A stretch of DNA of 64,000 nt from an uncultured virus (IMG/VR IMGVR_UViG_3300009168_000043) (IMGVR_UViG_3300009168_000043), one strand, 5' to 3'. Shown: positions 18,300-28,476, counted from the first letter of the stretch. Notes: generated by a model from the sequence alone, not told the origin. Translations and numbers: made by a program.

Positions 18300-18905
18300 T
18301 TATTTTGATATGTTAAAAACTTCAACTTCTCCAGTTTCGTATTCTATCTTGTATACTCCAAGAGGATATTCTTTGTTATAATTGTTCTGCACGAACAGAT
18401 ACTTGTCAGATTTCATTGAAGTCCCATCGTATTTGACAACCTCAGAATCGGTCTTAAGATTTCGAATCGTGTTGTTTATACTCATTAAACAACCACCATA
18501 TAGACATGGATACTGAAGTCCTGCTGCTTTGTACACAACCTTACCGGTCTTATCTACTATACAATGAACTCCAGAGTCATAAACGGTCTTCGATTCGTCG
18601 GGTTTTGGCGGTTTACCAGTTCTAGGTCTTGGTTTCTTAGTGTACAGTATAAGATCGATATAGTCTCCTTTCCAATTTGCACCCAGACCACCTTGTCTAA
18701 AGATTAGATCAGATAACTTTTCTTCTCCTTTATAAAGATGAGAATATTTGTCTCTGTTGTTTTCTTCTTCTATAGGCACGAGATAATATCCGCAGCCCAA
18801 CTTATTCCAACCTCTTTTTTGAAATTCATCTTTTTCCGGTTCAGGAAAAATTTTTGATATATCTATACCAAAGAAACTATACATTGATGAAAACGAATTG
18901 AACAT
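18300..18905 (-). CDS. Hypothetical protein
   Basis: 201 aa ORF; WG-repeat-like CIVDKTGKVV segment. Confidence 0.7.
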   Translation of the reverse strand: MFNSFSSMYSFFGIDISKIFPEPEKDEFQKRGWNKLGCGYYLVPIEEENNRDKYSHLYKGEEKLSDLIFRQGGLGANWKGDYIDLILYTKKPRPRTGKPPKPDESKTVYDSGVHCIVDKTGKVVYKAAGLQYPCLYGGCLMSINNTIRNLKTDSEVVKYDGTSMKSDKYLFVQNNYNKEYPLGVYKIEYETGEVEVFNISK

Positions 18906-18917
18906 TGTGTTTAATGA

Positions 18918-19454
18918 TTAAATGTTTAAAAATACTAACAAGAAACCTACTATTACATCGTTATCTGTTTTTTTAGAAAATAATTTGTACACTCCATCGC
19001 CGTATCCGGAAGAGCTCACTACACCAGTTTCGACTGTTCCCCACGAATTGTTAGATACACCACAATCATTGATTGATAATGTTAGCGTACACATTCTTTG
19101 GTACCAATCGTCGCCATCATTATCTGACCAATCTGGACCAAATGCAAGAGGAAGATTATATTCTTTAGATTTTTCATCATTTCTATATTCTTCTAAATTA
19201 AATATTCCACACTGTCCAGAATCTACACCTATATCGTTAGATGTTTCTTCCCACGGTAAGTAACTCGATTTGTAGTCTTTGTGTTCTACTGTTAGTGTAG
19301 CCACTCGTTTTCCCCACGATGTGTCGCTACTGTATTCAACAGACACATCGTACTCTCCAGGACACATTTTATCTGTTATATACTTACAACTAACATCCAA
19401 ATCATAACATGGATCGGACACTATCACTCTGTTTGAAAGCTTTATAGTTTTCAT
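18918..19454 (-). CDS. DUF4241-like hypothetical protein
   Basis: VSDPCY, IGVDSGQCGIF, SSGYGDGVY motifs. Confidence 0.7.
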   Translation of the reverse strand: MKTIKLSNRVIVSDPCYDLDVSCKYITDKMCPGEYDVSVEYSSDTSWGKRVATLTVEHKDYKSSYLPWEETSNDIGVDSGQCGIFNLEEYRNDEKSKEYNLPLAFGPDWSDNDGDDWYQRMCTLTLSINDCGVSNNSWGTVETGVVSSSGYGDGVYKLFSKKTDNDVIVGFLLVFLNI

Positions 19455-19459
19455 ATTGT

Positions 19460-19660
19460 TTAAATAACTTCGCAATATTCCATCATTATACACAACGCTT
19501 CACTGTAACTTTGTGCCCCGAAACATCGACTGGACATTTCTTTTGCTTCATCTTTTTTCCCTACAGATTTAAGAGACTGTGAACACTTACCGATAAGTGC
19601 AAACACATTTCCATCAGTTCCAACCAATTTTACAACGGGTTTATCCGATTTTGTTGACAT
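19460..19660 (-). CDS. Small hypothetical phage protein
   Basis: KLVGTDGNVFALIG ... SYSEAL. Confidence 0.75.
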   Translation of the reverse strand: MSTKSDKPVVKLVGTDGNVFALIGKCSQSLKSVGKKDEAKEMSSRCFGAQSYSEALCIMMEYCEVI

Positions 19661-19737
19661 ATATTTTATTTTTATTGTGTAAATTTAATAAAAAAACACA
19701 TAATCGTAATACTTGAATTAAAAAGTTTTAAAACTTT

Positions 19738-20307
19738 TTAAATAACACGTTCACAATTAATGTTGTTACAGTCTGCAAGCTTTGCCCAGAACCTAATGCT
19801 TGATAACTTCTTTTTTGATTTAGCTCGATATGGGTTGATCAATTCAGTGTTTCCAAGATCATGAGTGCTAAAAGTTAAACTACTGTATTCAGACAATCCT
19901 CTTCTTATGTATATACGATCTATTTTTAACACTGTACCTGCTGGAATAGTCACAGTAATAAGTTCTTTTCCACATGGTTCAGCCTTTGATCTCCATTCCT
20001 TTGTATCATTTTCGTATTTTACATACGCTTCACAGTTTTGTTCAGCAATCTTACACGCTTCTTGATGTTTTTCCCAATGTCTTTCATAACGAATAAAATC
20101 AGAATAATTGGGATATTTAACTTCATAATCTATAGGTCTCATTTCAGGGACATCTTTTCTATCTAACCATTTACCACCGAAGTGATAAAAGAGATAATGA
20201 TCGTTGATAGAACCTAACGATTTGTTTCTTTCTTCTGCATGAAGATCAAAGATCCAATCTTCTAACAACCTTATTTCATCGTTTATCTCAGGTATGTACA
20301 GTTTCAT
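19738..20307 (-). CDS. Hypothetical phage protein
   Basis: YIPEI.D.IRL..DW.F.L..E.RN ... IPAGTVLKIDRIYIR ... RFWAKL.D.N. Confidence 0.75.
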   Translation of the reverse strand: MKLYIPEINDEIRLLEDWIFDLHAEERNKSLGSINDHYLFYHFGGKWLDRKDVPEMRPIDYEVKYPNYSDFIRYERHWEKHQEACKIAEQNCEAYVKYENDTKEWRSKAEPCGKELITVTIPAGTVLKIDRIYIRRGLSEYSSLTFSTHDLGNTELINPYRAKSKKKLSSIRFWAKLADCNNINCERVI

Positions 20308-20323
20308 AATAAATATTTAAAGA

Positions 20324-21250
20324 TTAAAACACTAAGGAAGCTTTCGTTTCCCACCTCGTATAGAGCTTACAGTTTTCTCTAAGAACAAGATACTTATACA
20401 CATCTTTTGGCTGTTCGCTCATACAATCATCATCTACAACAACAGACATTTCGTCTATATCGTAAATACTTGGACCGAAAGGTAACACCCCTAAGAATCT
20501 ACCATCGTTTACCACGAATTTCACAAGCTTATCGTAAAACGTTTTTGACGAATTTTTTTCTATCCATAAGTCTATATCGGTGTTAGAATCAGACTTATAT
20601 AGTTTTCTGAAAGTTATTTGATCGGCGCCCAGATCATTACATCGATCAAGTACTTCTTGTACGTTGTAACGATCATAATCGTTGACAATGTTTAACGATA
20701 ATCTCACATTAAATCCTGCTGATTTAGCCAGCTTAATGGTGTCAAAAAGATTGAACTTTAACATATCGTTACACCCTATAAGTTCTAAATTTCTATCATT
20801 ATCAAAAATGTTTGATACAGAAAACGATAGCGTGGTTATTCCAAGATTTCTAAGGTTGTAAAGGTATTTCAACGATTCAAACGTATCATCTGGTTTGGTC
20901 AACATTACTCCAGTAGTCTGCATCTCTATACTCTTGAATGGAGTTTTAAGGGTGGAATTTACGTGGGAAAAGAATTCGATAAATGCAGGGTTCTGAACGG
21001 GTTCACCCGTTCCAGTTAAGACTATAACGTTACATCCATTATCACGAGCAAACTGCAAACGATTGAAATAATCAGTGTACTTGATATCTCTACGTATCAT
21101 ATCTCTCATCTGTTTATCTTTCCATCCTTTTGATATGGCAGATATGTTATCAACGTATGGATTTGTGTGTGTTCTACTTACACAAAACTCACATTTATTA
21201 ACGCAACTATTGTGAGTAGGAACTACAACAGAAAGACTTTGTATGTTCAT
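20324..21250 (-). CDS. Radical SAM protein
   Basis: CVNKCEFC (CxxxCxxC), LTGTGEP; start moved to MNIQSLS. Confidence 0.85.
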   Translation of the reverse strand: MNIQSLSVVVPTHNSCVNKCEFCVSRTHTNPYVDNISAISKGWKDKQMRDMIRRDIKYTDYFNRLQFARDNGCNVIVLTGTGEPVQNPAFIEFFSHVNSTLKTPFKSIEMQTTGVMLTKPDDTFESLKYLYNLRNLGITTLSFSVSNIFDNDRNLELIGCNDMLKFNLFDTIKLAKSAGFNVRLSLNIVNDYDRYNVQEVLDRCNDLGADQITFRKLYKSDSNTDIDLWIEKNSSKTFYDKLVKFVVNDGRFLGVLPFGPSIYDIDEMSVVVDDDCMSEQPKDVYKYLVLRENCKLYTRWETKASLVF

Positions 21251-21264
21251 TGTATCTATTTTTA

Positions 21265-21480
21265 TTAGTTTAGTGCTTCTATTACATAAAAACCTTGAAG
21301 ATCTGAACACCACGTCATTACATGTGTGGCCAATCCCTTTTCTGTTCTTTTAAACTGAGGACACATCAAGTCGTGTGAAAACAATATGATGGATTTAGCT
21401 TCGTTTTCTAACTCAGGTTTTACATCTATTAACATTTTTATGTTGGAGATGTTGTTTTTCTTGAACGATACTTTTAACAT
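21265..21480 (-). CDS. Hypothetical protein
   Basis: ATG ORF. Confidence 0.55.
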   Translation of the reverse strand: MLKVSFKKNNISNIKMLIDVKPELENEAKSIILFSHDLMCPQFKRTEKGLATHVMTWCSDLQGFYVIEALN

Positions 21481-21493
21481 GGTTAAATTGTAT

Positions 21494-21622
21494 TTAATCT
21501 AAAATAGTTATTAAACCAAATATCACACATATACCTCCTAACACTGGCATGTTTACCAGGGTTAACACTATACCAACTATAAAAAGTATAATTGAAGTCT
21601 GTTGATTTCTCGATAAGTTCAT
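21494..21622 (-). CDS. Small membrane peptide (42 aa)
   Basis: Manual translation MNLSRNQQTSIILFIVGIVLTLVNMPVLGGICVIFGLITILD; fills the intergenic gap. Confidence 0.5.
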   Translation of the reverse strand: MNLSRNQQTSIILFIVGIVLTLVNMPVLGGICVIFGLITILD

Positions 21623-21632
21623 GATTATTCTG

Positions 21633-22550
21633 TTAATTAATTAAAAATTCTTCACCTTTTCCGTACTTTAATAGAGTTTTCACTCCAGAACTGCTAATGT
21701 GATCGTATTGTTTATTAGAAAATACGTTTACAACTTTAATAGATTCGTCCAGACCTCTTAAATACCGATACTGATTGATCTCATACTCAAAATCAGCGCA
21801 ATTTCTTAGACCTCTTATCACTGTTACTTCGTAATTCAAACTTTTTATAAAATCTGTGAGCAACCCATCGTAGTGTTCAACTTGTCGGTGCTCTAAAGAG
21901 CTTGGCATCAAACTCAATACAGAATTCTTTTCGGGATTTATCCCACGAGCAATGATGACTTTATCAAAAATCTTTTCTGCTTCTAATAAGATATCCATGT
22001 GACCCACGTGAAAGGGATTAAAACTTCCTGGATACAACCCTATCTTAGGTTTTACTCGGTTCATCGCTTTGATGTAAGTAGAATCTACTCCGTGTGCTTG
22101 TAAAAATTCTGTACGTCCCTTTATGTAAACTGTCCAGTCTAAGTATGCGTATTCTTTTGCAATCTTTTCTGAATTGTTCATAAACACATCAAAATCTCCA
22201 TACAGATCTTCCATATCGAGATCACACAGTATTTTAGACAAATAATTGGTTGGAATGTGATGCTGAGTATCTAATATAGCATGTCTAACAACATCATTCT
22301 TCACAAAACAACTAAACAGTTTAGCTGAAAGATTTTCATTGTCTGTTCTTTTGGGATCGTACACAACATCGTGAAACAGTATGGCAAGAAATAGATCTTC
22401 GGACAAAATATCCCTTTCTTCTGCTTTAGTTAAAAGATTTACGACGTGATCGATGTTATGGTAGTAACGATGTGGTTCACTGTACCGACCTAACACTTCA
22501 TTATGAGGCACTTGGTGGGTGTCTAACACTCTTTTTATCCTGTCAATCAT
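21633..22550 (-). CDS. HD-domain / phosphopantetheine adenylyltransferase (CoaD-like) fusion
   Basis: N-terminal YSEPHRYYH..H, FHDVVYD, CDLD; C-terminal YPGSFNPFHVGH.DI, IRGLR...DFEYE, ISSS.VK. Confidence 0.85.
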   Translation of the reverse strand: MIDRIKRVLDTHQVPHNEVLGRYSEPHRYYHNIDHVVNLLTKAEERDILSEDLFLAILFHDVVYDPKRTDNENLSAKLFSCFVKNDVVRHAILDTQHHIPTNYLSKILCDLDMEDLYGDFDVFMNNSEKIAKEYAYLDWTVYIKGRTEFLQAHGVDSTYIKAMNRVKPKIGLYPGSFNPFHVGHMDILLEAEKIFDKVIIARGINPEKNSVLSLMPSSLEHRQVEHYDGLLTDFIKSLNYEVTVIRGLRNCADFEYEINQYRYLRGLDESIKVVNVFSNKQYDHISSSGVKTLLKYGKGEEFLIN

Positions 22551-22551
22551 T

Positions 22552-22890
22552 CTATTTTCCATATGATCTCTTAATGTATATAGATTCGGGATATCGTCCA
22601 AATACAAACTTTGTGACCGAACACAGCCAGACTTCAAATTCTATGTTTTTTCCCTTTAGGTGATAATTAGCCCCATCATAAGCTTCTTCTTTGAATGTGA
22701 GCTCATAATCATAACCCTTAAATCGTTCATCTGAAAGACTTAACCTTATCGAATCTTCTCCTTCAGATAATAGATCTAACATTGTATCAGCCCCCATTAC
22801 CATTTCGAGCTCTTCCTTTGAACCTTCCCATTCGGGAATTTCTACAAACCACCTGTAATCTGATTCTTTATTGAATAAGTACGATTTCAT
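22552..22890 (-). CDS. DUF6717-like hypothetical protein
   Basis: MV.GAD.MLD ... WLC.VT.FVFG.YP..IY. Confidence 0.65.
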   Translation of the reverse strand: MKSYLFNKESDYRWFVEIPEWEGSKEELEMVMGADTMLDLLSEGEDSIRLSLSDERFKGYDYELTFKEEAYDGANYHLKGKNIEFEVWLCSVTKFVFGRYPESIYIKRSYGK

Positions 22891-22905
22891 TTTTATAAGT
22901 TGTGT

Positions 22906-23316
22906 TTACTTGTATTTTATATAGTAACCATAATTATCTTGATATTCTATGAATCCTGCAAGAATGTTACGGTTCCAGCTGCAGAAAGTTCCATGAAATC
23001 CATGACATTCTTCATATAGTACAACAACATCTAGATTACATCTATCTAATTCAACAGAAAGTATGTCGTATTTCTTTTCATCATATAAGTGCTTATCATT
23101 AGACCATCTGTAGTTATCTAAAAACGAATACCATCCGAATGCTTCCGGCTTCGCTAACGTTTCCAATTCAATACAATCTAATAAGAACTGAGGTAAACTT
23201 ATTTCGGAAAGAGGGACAACGAGTATGTTATTACGTTTAATTTTATTCCACGCAATATTGAGATGATCGCTTCCTATTCCAATCCCACCGAATTTGCTGT
23301 TTACGTGTTCTTTCAA
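22906..23316 (-). CDS. Hypothetical protein; possible leaderless relative of the 58-63 kb family
   Basis: GGIGIG..AW.KIK..PLSE..LDRC similar to 58864 and 61583 products; TTG start. Confidence 0.55.
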   Translation of the reverse strand: MKEHVNSKFGGIGIGSDHLNIAWNKIKRNNILVVPLSEISLPQFLLDCIELETLAKPEAFGWYSFLDNYRWSNDKHLYDEKKYDILSVELDRCNLDVVVLYEECHGFHGTFCSWNRNILAGFIEYQDNYGYYIKYK

Positions 23317-23801
23317 TTCTTAAAAAACGTTTTTGACGCTATAATAGTTTTAAATACATCGTCAATCCTTATATAATCTAATGTTGGTCCTGGTTTCTGA
23401 TATTTTTCATAAACATCACCACTTATACAAAGACAATCTACTGTGTTTTTTGATGTCTTACGTTTTATGTGTTCTACTATGCTAAAGATAGTCTCACCAG
23501 ATCTTATAAAATCGTCCACAACTACGTTAATGCTGTCAGGAGGAACACTATACATGTATTCACTGTGTGATTCTTCTCCTGATTTTTTTACGTGATTGAT
23601 TATAATCTCTCTATCGTTTAACATACATGCCATCATGCCTGCAATGATGCTACCGGACGACCCTTTACACCACAAGTTAATATCTTTATTGGGATAGACT
23701 GCAGCTACTTCTATTGCCATCTTTTCTATTATGAGTCTGTTTTCGTACAAATAAAGACCACAGGGATATTTTATCTCTTTTGTGTTAGTGTGTACTATCA
23801 T
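23313..23801 (-). CDS. Type I phosphoribosyltransferase-like protein
   Basis: PRPP-binding loop VVVDDFIRSGETI; GSSG. Confidence 0.75.
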   Translation of the reverse strand: MIVHTNTKEIKYPCGLYLYENRLIIEKMAIEVAAVYPNKDINLWCKGSSGSIIAGMMACMLNDREIIINHVKKSGEESHSEYMYSVPPDSINVVVDDFIRSGETIFSIVEHIKRKTSKNTVDCLCISGDVYEKYQKPGPTLDYIRIDDVFKTIIASKTFFKN

Positions 23802-23803
23802 AT

Positions 23804-24343
23804 CTATTGCTCTATCAATTCACACGCTGCTTCTAAACACTCGTTAGCATCATAAAATCCAAAAGAAGAATCTATAAGGTTTTTACCATCATATAACTTG
23901 TACTCGTAAACCTCTCCTTTGAGATAAGCATCGTAAATTTTCACTTCGGCATCTATCACAGAATCCACTATAGATTTTATTTTTTTAGATATACGTTTTA
24001 CACCATATTCTTCTCTCACTCTTTGTTTTGAAACAAACACAAATCCAATCATCCCACTGTCCCACCTATCTCCAAAAGAACCAACAGAAATAGTACATCC
24101 AGAATGATCGAGCAGATATAAAGGTAGTATTGTAAGTGGATCCTCTCTCTTTTTTATTTCTGCCAACATATCTGAAAACGAATCATAATCTCTTTCATCA
24201 TAATCGTGATCTTGATCACCTAGATTATATCTTTTGTGAAAACATAACATGATGCTTAAGTTATCTTCGTCTGTTCGAGGATTGCAATCGTGTTCTGTTA
24301 CATCTACTACAGCTCTGTATTTGCCAATAATTTTTTCTATCAT
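23804..24343 (-). CDS. Hypothetical phage protein
   Basis: PLYLLDHSG..IS ... WDSG.IGF ... YL.GEVY ... GFY. Confidence 0.75.
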   Translation of the reverse strand: MIEKIIGKYRAVVDVTEHDCNPRTDEDNLSIMLCFHKRYNLGDQDHDYDERDYDSFSDMLAEIKKREDPLTILPLYLLDHSGCTISVGSFGDRWDSGMIGFVFVSKQRVREEYGVKRISKKIKSIVDSVIDAEVKIYDAYLKGEVYEYKLYDGKNLIDSSFGFYDANECLEAACELIEQ

Positions 24344-24506
24344 AAGTATAAAGATTGACTGTGAATTTTTCTGATTAGATTTTCATCTTTTACTATTAAA
24401 ACATTTGTACCAATAAGGTATCCATATGATATATTATTTATATAGTATACAAATATAATAATAAAAAACGAAAGTAGAAAATCTTTTTTAAAATATTTTC
24501 GCTTAT

Positions 24507-24598
24507 TCAGAAGTGATCTGATGCACCATTTATTTTCCTTATAATTATATAATAAATCAAAAAAAGATTAAACAGAAATCGCTCTGATATGGCTCAGT
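24507..24598. repeat. Phased TCAGA/TCTGA element, copy 3
   Basis: TCAGA 24507, TCTGA 24517; ACAGA 24572, TCTGA 24583, TCAGT 24594. Confidence 0.55.
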
Positions 24599-24617
24599 AT
24601 ATTATAATCGATTCACT

Positions 24618-24968
24618 TTATTTGCGTTTGGAAAATCCAACGTTCCATTCGTTTCTATTAAGATCATACCAATAATCTGCTAAATGAGTACCATTACTTC
24701 CCCTCTTGTAATCGAAAGAAAACTGTATTGGCATCCAATAAGTAGATTTATCTGGAGACAAACCTCCACCGAAGTTTGTAAGTTTTAATGATTTGTAAAT
24801 ATTAGATAAAATACCGGAAAATTCCTTAAGTTCCTGTGATTCCACCATAAGAACTGGATTATCGGGGAACATCATTTTTATTGAAACATCGAACTTTATT
24901 TTGATACCTACCGAGTCTGATATAAGAGACTCTAAACCTTCTATTTTTATGCAGTTTAAATCTGTCAT
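24618..24968 (-). CDS. Hypothetical protein
   Basis: ATG ORF. Confidence 0.7.
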   Translation of the reverse strand: MTDLNCIKIEGLESLISDSVGIKIKFDVSIKMMFPDNPVLMVESQELKEFSGILSNIYKSLKLTNFGGGLSPDKSTYWMPIQFSFDYKRGSNGTHLADYWYDLNRNEWNVGFSKRK

Positions 24969-24970
24969 AG

Positions 24971-25312
24971 CTATTTAGTTTCTTCGATTGCTTTTCGTAT
25001 TATATTAATCCTAGATTGTTGATCACGAAGAGAAAACCAATAAAACTCATCAAACGGTATGGCAGGTTTCTTACTAAGTATTTCTGGATAACAATTTAGG
25101 TTATCATATGGATCTATATCATTCAACGATATTCCATCTAATACAGATGAGGATGTTATCAGACTTAATATGGCCAACCTTATAGATCTACACATACCAG
25201 TTATTTCATGATGAGCTTTGTCTTTTTTGTATTCGATCAAAGCTCTCTCGTATATGATGTGTCTTTGCTCTTTGGTAAGATACAATCTGTCATTCAAATT
25301 AGAAGTTTCCAT
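24971..25312 (-). CDS. Paralog family A (GxC..PE..P..WF..R)
   Basis: R.IIY ... GMC ... YPEILSKKP ... YWF..RD..SRINII. Confidence 0.75.
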   Translation of the reverse strand: METSNLNDRLYLTKEQRHIIYERALIEYKKDKAHHEITGMCRSIRLAILSLITSSSVLDGISLNDIDPYDNLNCYPEILSKKPAIPFDEFYWFSLRDQQSRINIIRKAIEETK

Positions 25313-25323
25313 CGTGGCAAATT

Positions 25324-25947
25324 TTAGGAGTTAAGTTCTTCATCAAGATCTTTCCATGCAGATAAAATCTTATCAAAGTATTCATAGAGATCATTAATCT
25401 TAATACTGTTACAGCCTACTTTTAATGATTTAGATTTGCTTATGTATGAAACACTATATGACAGAATTTTGTTAATAGTGGCCGTGACTATAAAGTACTT
25501 TGATGGTATCAAAGAAGATAAAGAAACGTATTTAGCTACTTTATCTGGTATGACCATCACCTCTCCATCAGGTAGTGTAACGTTTAACGGTTCTTTCAAT
25601 TTTTTTGTTATTGTTTTCCCAATCTGATAAGGAAACTTGGTAAGAAGAACAGCTTCTTCTTCTGACATGAATTTCGTTTCATCAATCAGATTATCTACTA
25701 ACTTTATAAACAGTTTAAATTCGTTAATACTGAAAATTATTTCAGAACTTCTTATTTTTAGTTTTATAACTACTTCAGAATTTCTTTTAAATTTTGGATA
25801 TATATCCAGACCAAGAGTTATGGCCGCTTCTATGTGTTGTGTATTAACTTGAGTTCCTGTTTGAACATCAAAGTAATAATCTTTACTTGCTAACACTGCA
25901 CTCGAGTCTATATAAGAGGCTGGCAAAATCAATGTTAAATCTTTCAT
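25324..25947 (-). CDS. Hypothetical protein
   Basis: 207 aa ORF. Confidence 0.7.
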   Translation of the reverse strand: MKDLTLILPASYIDSSAVLASKDYYFDVQTGTQVNTQHIEAAITLGLDIYPKFKRNSEVVIKLKIRSSEIIFSINEFKLFIKLVDNLIDETKFMSEEEAVLLTKFPYQIGKTITKKLKEPLNVTLPDGEVMVIPDKVAKYVSLSSLIPSKYFIVTATINKILSYSVSYISKSKSLKVGCNSIKINDLYEYFDKILSAWKDLDEELNS

Positions 25948-25962
25948 TTTTTTATGTGTGTT

Positions 25963-25995
25963 ATGTTATGAATATGTTATGAATATGTTATGAAT
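25963..25995. repeat. Tandem 11-mer ATGTTATGAAT x3
   Basis: Read directly. Confidence 0.8.
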
Positions 25996-26057
25996 CTACT
26001 CCCAAAGAAAGATTGTTTCCGTTTATGTGTAATGAACAAAGAATTAAATCAGAAAGA

Positions 26058-26243
26058 TCATGTTTGTTGAACGTGATTGAAATCTCTATCGCTTTTTATC
26101 CATTCAATAGGATTCATGTGTTGTTCGTCTCTCCAAGTAGATAAAAGTATGTGAGTTGCATACCCCTGCATAATCTTTTCCAACTCTTTTTCAGAAAAAA
26201 AGTATTTTTCAGAAGGATTTTTAGTTTCTTTACGTTTATCCAT
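26058..26243 (-). CDS. Hypothetical protein
   Basis: ATG ORF after promoter at 26276. Confidence 0.55.
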   Translation of the reverse strand: MDKRKETKNPSEKYFFSEKELEKIMQGYATHILLSTWRDEQHMNPIEWIKSDRDFNHVQQT

Positions 26244-26340
26244 TAAGTGCTTATTAATTTAATTAATTTACCATACAAATATAATAAATTAATTCGAATT
26301 AATTATACTTTTAACAACTAATAATTAACTATTTAAAAAC

Positions 26341-26372
26341 AAAAAAGGGAAGATATTATCTTCCCTTTTTTT
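26341..26372. terminator. Intrinsic terminator (palindromic, possibly bidirectional)
   Basis: AAAAAAGGGAAGATA T TATCTTCCCTTTTTT. Confidence 0.8.
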
Positions 26373-26736
26373 ACCAGAATTTTACATTTATATCTGGAAT
26401 GATAACGTTTCCATAAAGTTTCTTAGCGTATGATGCATCATATCCGAAGCTCATACAGATTTTGCCATCACATTTAGATACAGTGACAAAATATCGCTGA
26501 TTATGAGTTGACCACAGTTCTTCTCCTGTAAGCGTTTCATTTGTTACCTCACATCGAACTTCGTTTTGATCTTTACCTATAACATCTGCAATCTGTATAA
26601 ACACACCCATTATTATAGATTTAAACCTAGCATACCTAGCATACTTAGAAGAACTTTCTATCTCATTAATTAAGTCTTCCATGCTGCTAACTTTGGTATC
26701 TGGTGAATAGAATTCTTTTACAAGTTTTGCTTTCAT
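26371..26736 (-). CDS. Hypothetical protein with putative late promoter and KLVKE leader
   Basis: MKAKLVKE; ATATATAA at 26753-26760 (minus). Confidence 0.7.
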   Translation of the reverse strand: MKAKLVKEFYSPDTKVSSMEDLINEIESSSKYARYARFKSIIMGVFIQIADVIGKDQNEVRCEVTNETLTGEELWSTHNQRYFVTVSKCDGKICMSFGYDASYAKKLYGNVIIPDINVKFW

Positions 26737-26765
26737 GATATCTTTTATTTATTTATATATTCGTT

Positions 26766-27101
26766 TCATAAAACAACGCGATTGTATTTCTGAACCAATT
26801 CTTCAATTTTGATCTTTAATGCGGCCAATTGAGGTTCGGATAGATCATTAAGATCCTTCATTCTACATATATTATCTATGCTTTTCTCCAATGATCTTTG
26901 ATCGTACATCTTTCTTTGTTCATCCCTAGATTTCCATAGATACGCAACGTCTTCATCATACCAGCAAGAACTGTCTAAGAAATCAACATTACCATTTATT
27001 ATCTGCCAAATTGAAGCCTTTGGAATCCTACCGGTAATGATAGAACCCATAATATTAACAAACGAAAACGAGATGGTTATTAAAATGTTTATGATGTACA
27101 T
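26766..27101 (-). CDS. Hypothetical protein
   Basis: ATG ORF. Confidence 0.6.
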   Translation of the reverse strand: MYIINILITISFSFVNIMGSIITGRIPKASIWQIINGNVDFLDSSCWYDEDVAYLWKSRDEQRKMYDQRSLEKSIDNICRMKDLNDLSEPQLAALKIKIEELVQKYNRVVL

Positions 27102-27105
27102 GATG

Positions 27106-27690
27106 TTATGATTTAATTATTTGTTTATTAATTATATAGTTAATTTCATTTCGTATGATTCTTCTCTGTTCTGAAACAGACACTCCAAACCTCAACGAAT
27201 CTTGTGGATGCATATCTGACATATAATTCAAACGACATTTTAATTGATCAATTAATATTCTATCTTCGTTTGACATCGCAGCAATCTTGTTTCTTCTTTC
27301 TTTTGCTTCATCAGATTTCAGTTTCTTGATGAATTTCTCGTGATCTATAAGTGGAATTTTAGATCGTTCAATCCTTTTGATTTTTTTTTCATTCTTCTTT
27401 CTCTTATCTGCCATTTCTAGTTTTAAGCGATTGTGTTCGTGCCAACAATCATTTAATCTATTAAGTTCCCTGTTATTCTCAAACCTACGATGACCCATGT
27501 AAGAAGAACTATAGATAGATTCCAACTCGTTCCATTTCTTTTCCCATCTGTCAAAGTGGAAATCACAAGCCTCAGCGTGATCTTCTTCAGAAAAATATTT
27601 ATAAGATTCGTGCCACTTTACATCGTACACATCCTTTCCAGACGTAGTCTTCATCAAAGAACAGATGGTTTTATCAGAAGTCCCTTTCAT
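27106..27690 (-). CDS. Hypothetical protein
   Basis: 194 aa ORF. Confidence 0.7.
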   Translation of the reverse strand: MKGTSDKTICSLMKTTSGKDVYDVKWHESYKYFSEEDHAEACDFHFDRWEKKWNELESIYSSSYMGHRRFENNRELNRLNDCWHEHNRLKLEMADKRKKNEKKIKRIERSKIPLIDHEKFIKKLKSDEAKERRNKIAAMSNEDRILIDQLKCRLNYMSDMHPQDSLRFGVSVSEQRRIIRNEINYIINKQIIKS

Positions 27691-27864
27691 TTATCTTTGC
27701 GCGATTTTAATTTATTAATGCTAATATAATAAATTAAAATCAAAGTTATACACTCAGATGCAACTTTTTAAAAATATGTTTTATCTGTGAAGAGTCTGAC
27801 AGTAGTGCAGGATAATTGTCAGCTGTTTAAAAACTAAACGGTTTTACTTCTAACTATTTTGCAC

Positions 27865-27894
27865 AAAAAAAGATGGTAGATTCTACCATCTTTT
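27865..27894 (-). terminator. Intrinsic terminator
   Basis: AAAAAGATGGTAGA T TCTACCATCTTTT downstream of the 27916 gene. Confidence 0.8.
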
Positions 27895-27915
27895 AACTTA
27901 TAAATTTTCTTTTTT

Positions 27916-28476
27916 TTATTTTACCGATGATGCATCTCCTTCAACAATGACCGGGTTGATATCTTTTTCGAATCGGTAATAACGCTTTCCATCGGTACCT
28001 TTGATTTTTGCTTCTTCGCGGGTTTCACGAATGAATCCAAATATCCTCTGGATTTTACCTTCCATAATCATTGCGCCAGGTTTGTTTGAAGATGGAAAGC
28101 TTACAGTCATTCCAGTACGAAGACCTTTTGTGTCATCACTGAATGCTTCCAACGTTTGAGTGGTTTCGTTTGGTTTGTGTTTTGACGAAACTTTAACTTC
28201 TTCAATCGGTTTTGGAGTCTGTGTTTTTGCAACGATTTCGCCAGTAAGTTTGGCTTTGGCCTGTAACTGCTGCAACACGGAAAGAGGTTTTTTTGGTCCC
28301 GATGAAACCGAAGGTTCTGCTGTATCCACAGCAACGGCAGTATCAGGATTCTTTTTTTGTTCAATAATCGATTCAATAATAGGACGCTCAGCTGGTGTAA
28401 ATCCGCCTTCGCTAAGTTTGGCTTCCAACGATGGTAAAGACATACGTCGAGCTCTGGTAATAGCTTTTGTTTCCAT
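27916..28476 (-). CDS. Paralog family C (low-complexity N-terminus plus KPNETT..DTKG..GK.QRIF..EAKI.G..G.RYYRFE domain)
   Basis: C-terminal domain shared with 51056-51526 and 56621-57256; start moved to METKAI. Confidence 0.8.
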   Translation of the reverse strand: METKAITRARRMSLPSLEAKLSEGGFTPAERPIIESIIEQKKNPDTAVAVDTAEPSVSSGPKKPLSVLQQLQAKAKLTGEIVAKTQTPKPIEEVKVSSKHKPNETTQTLEAFSDDTKGLRTGMTVSFPSSNKPGAMIMEGKIQRIFGFIRETREEAKIKGTDGKRYYRFEKDINPVIVEGDASSVK

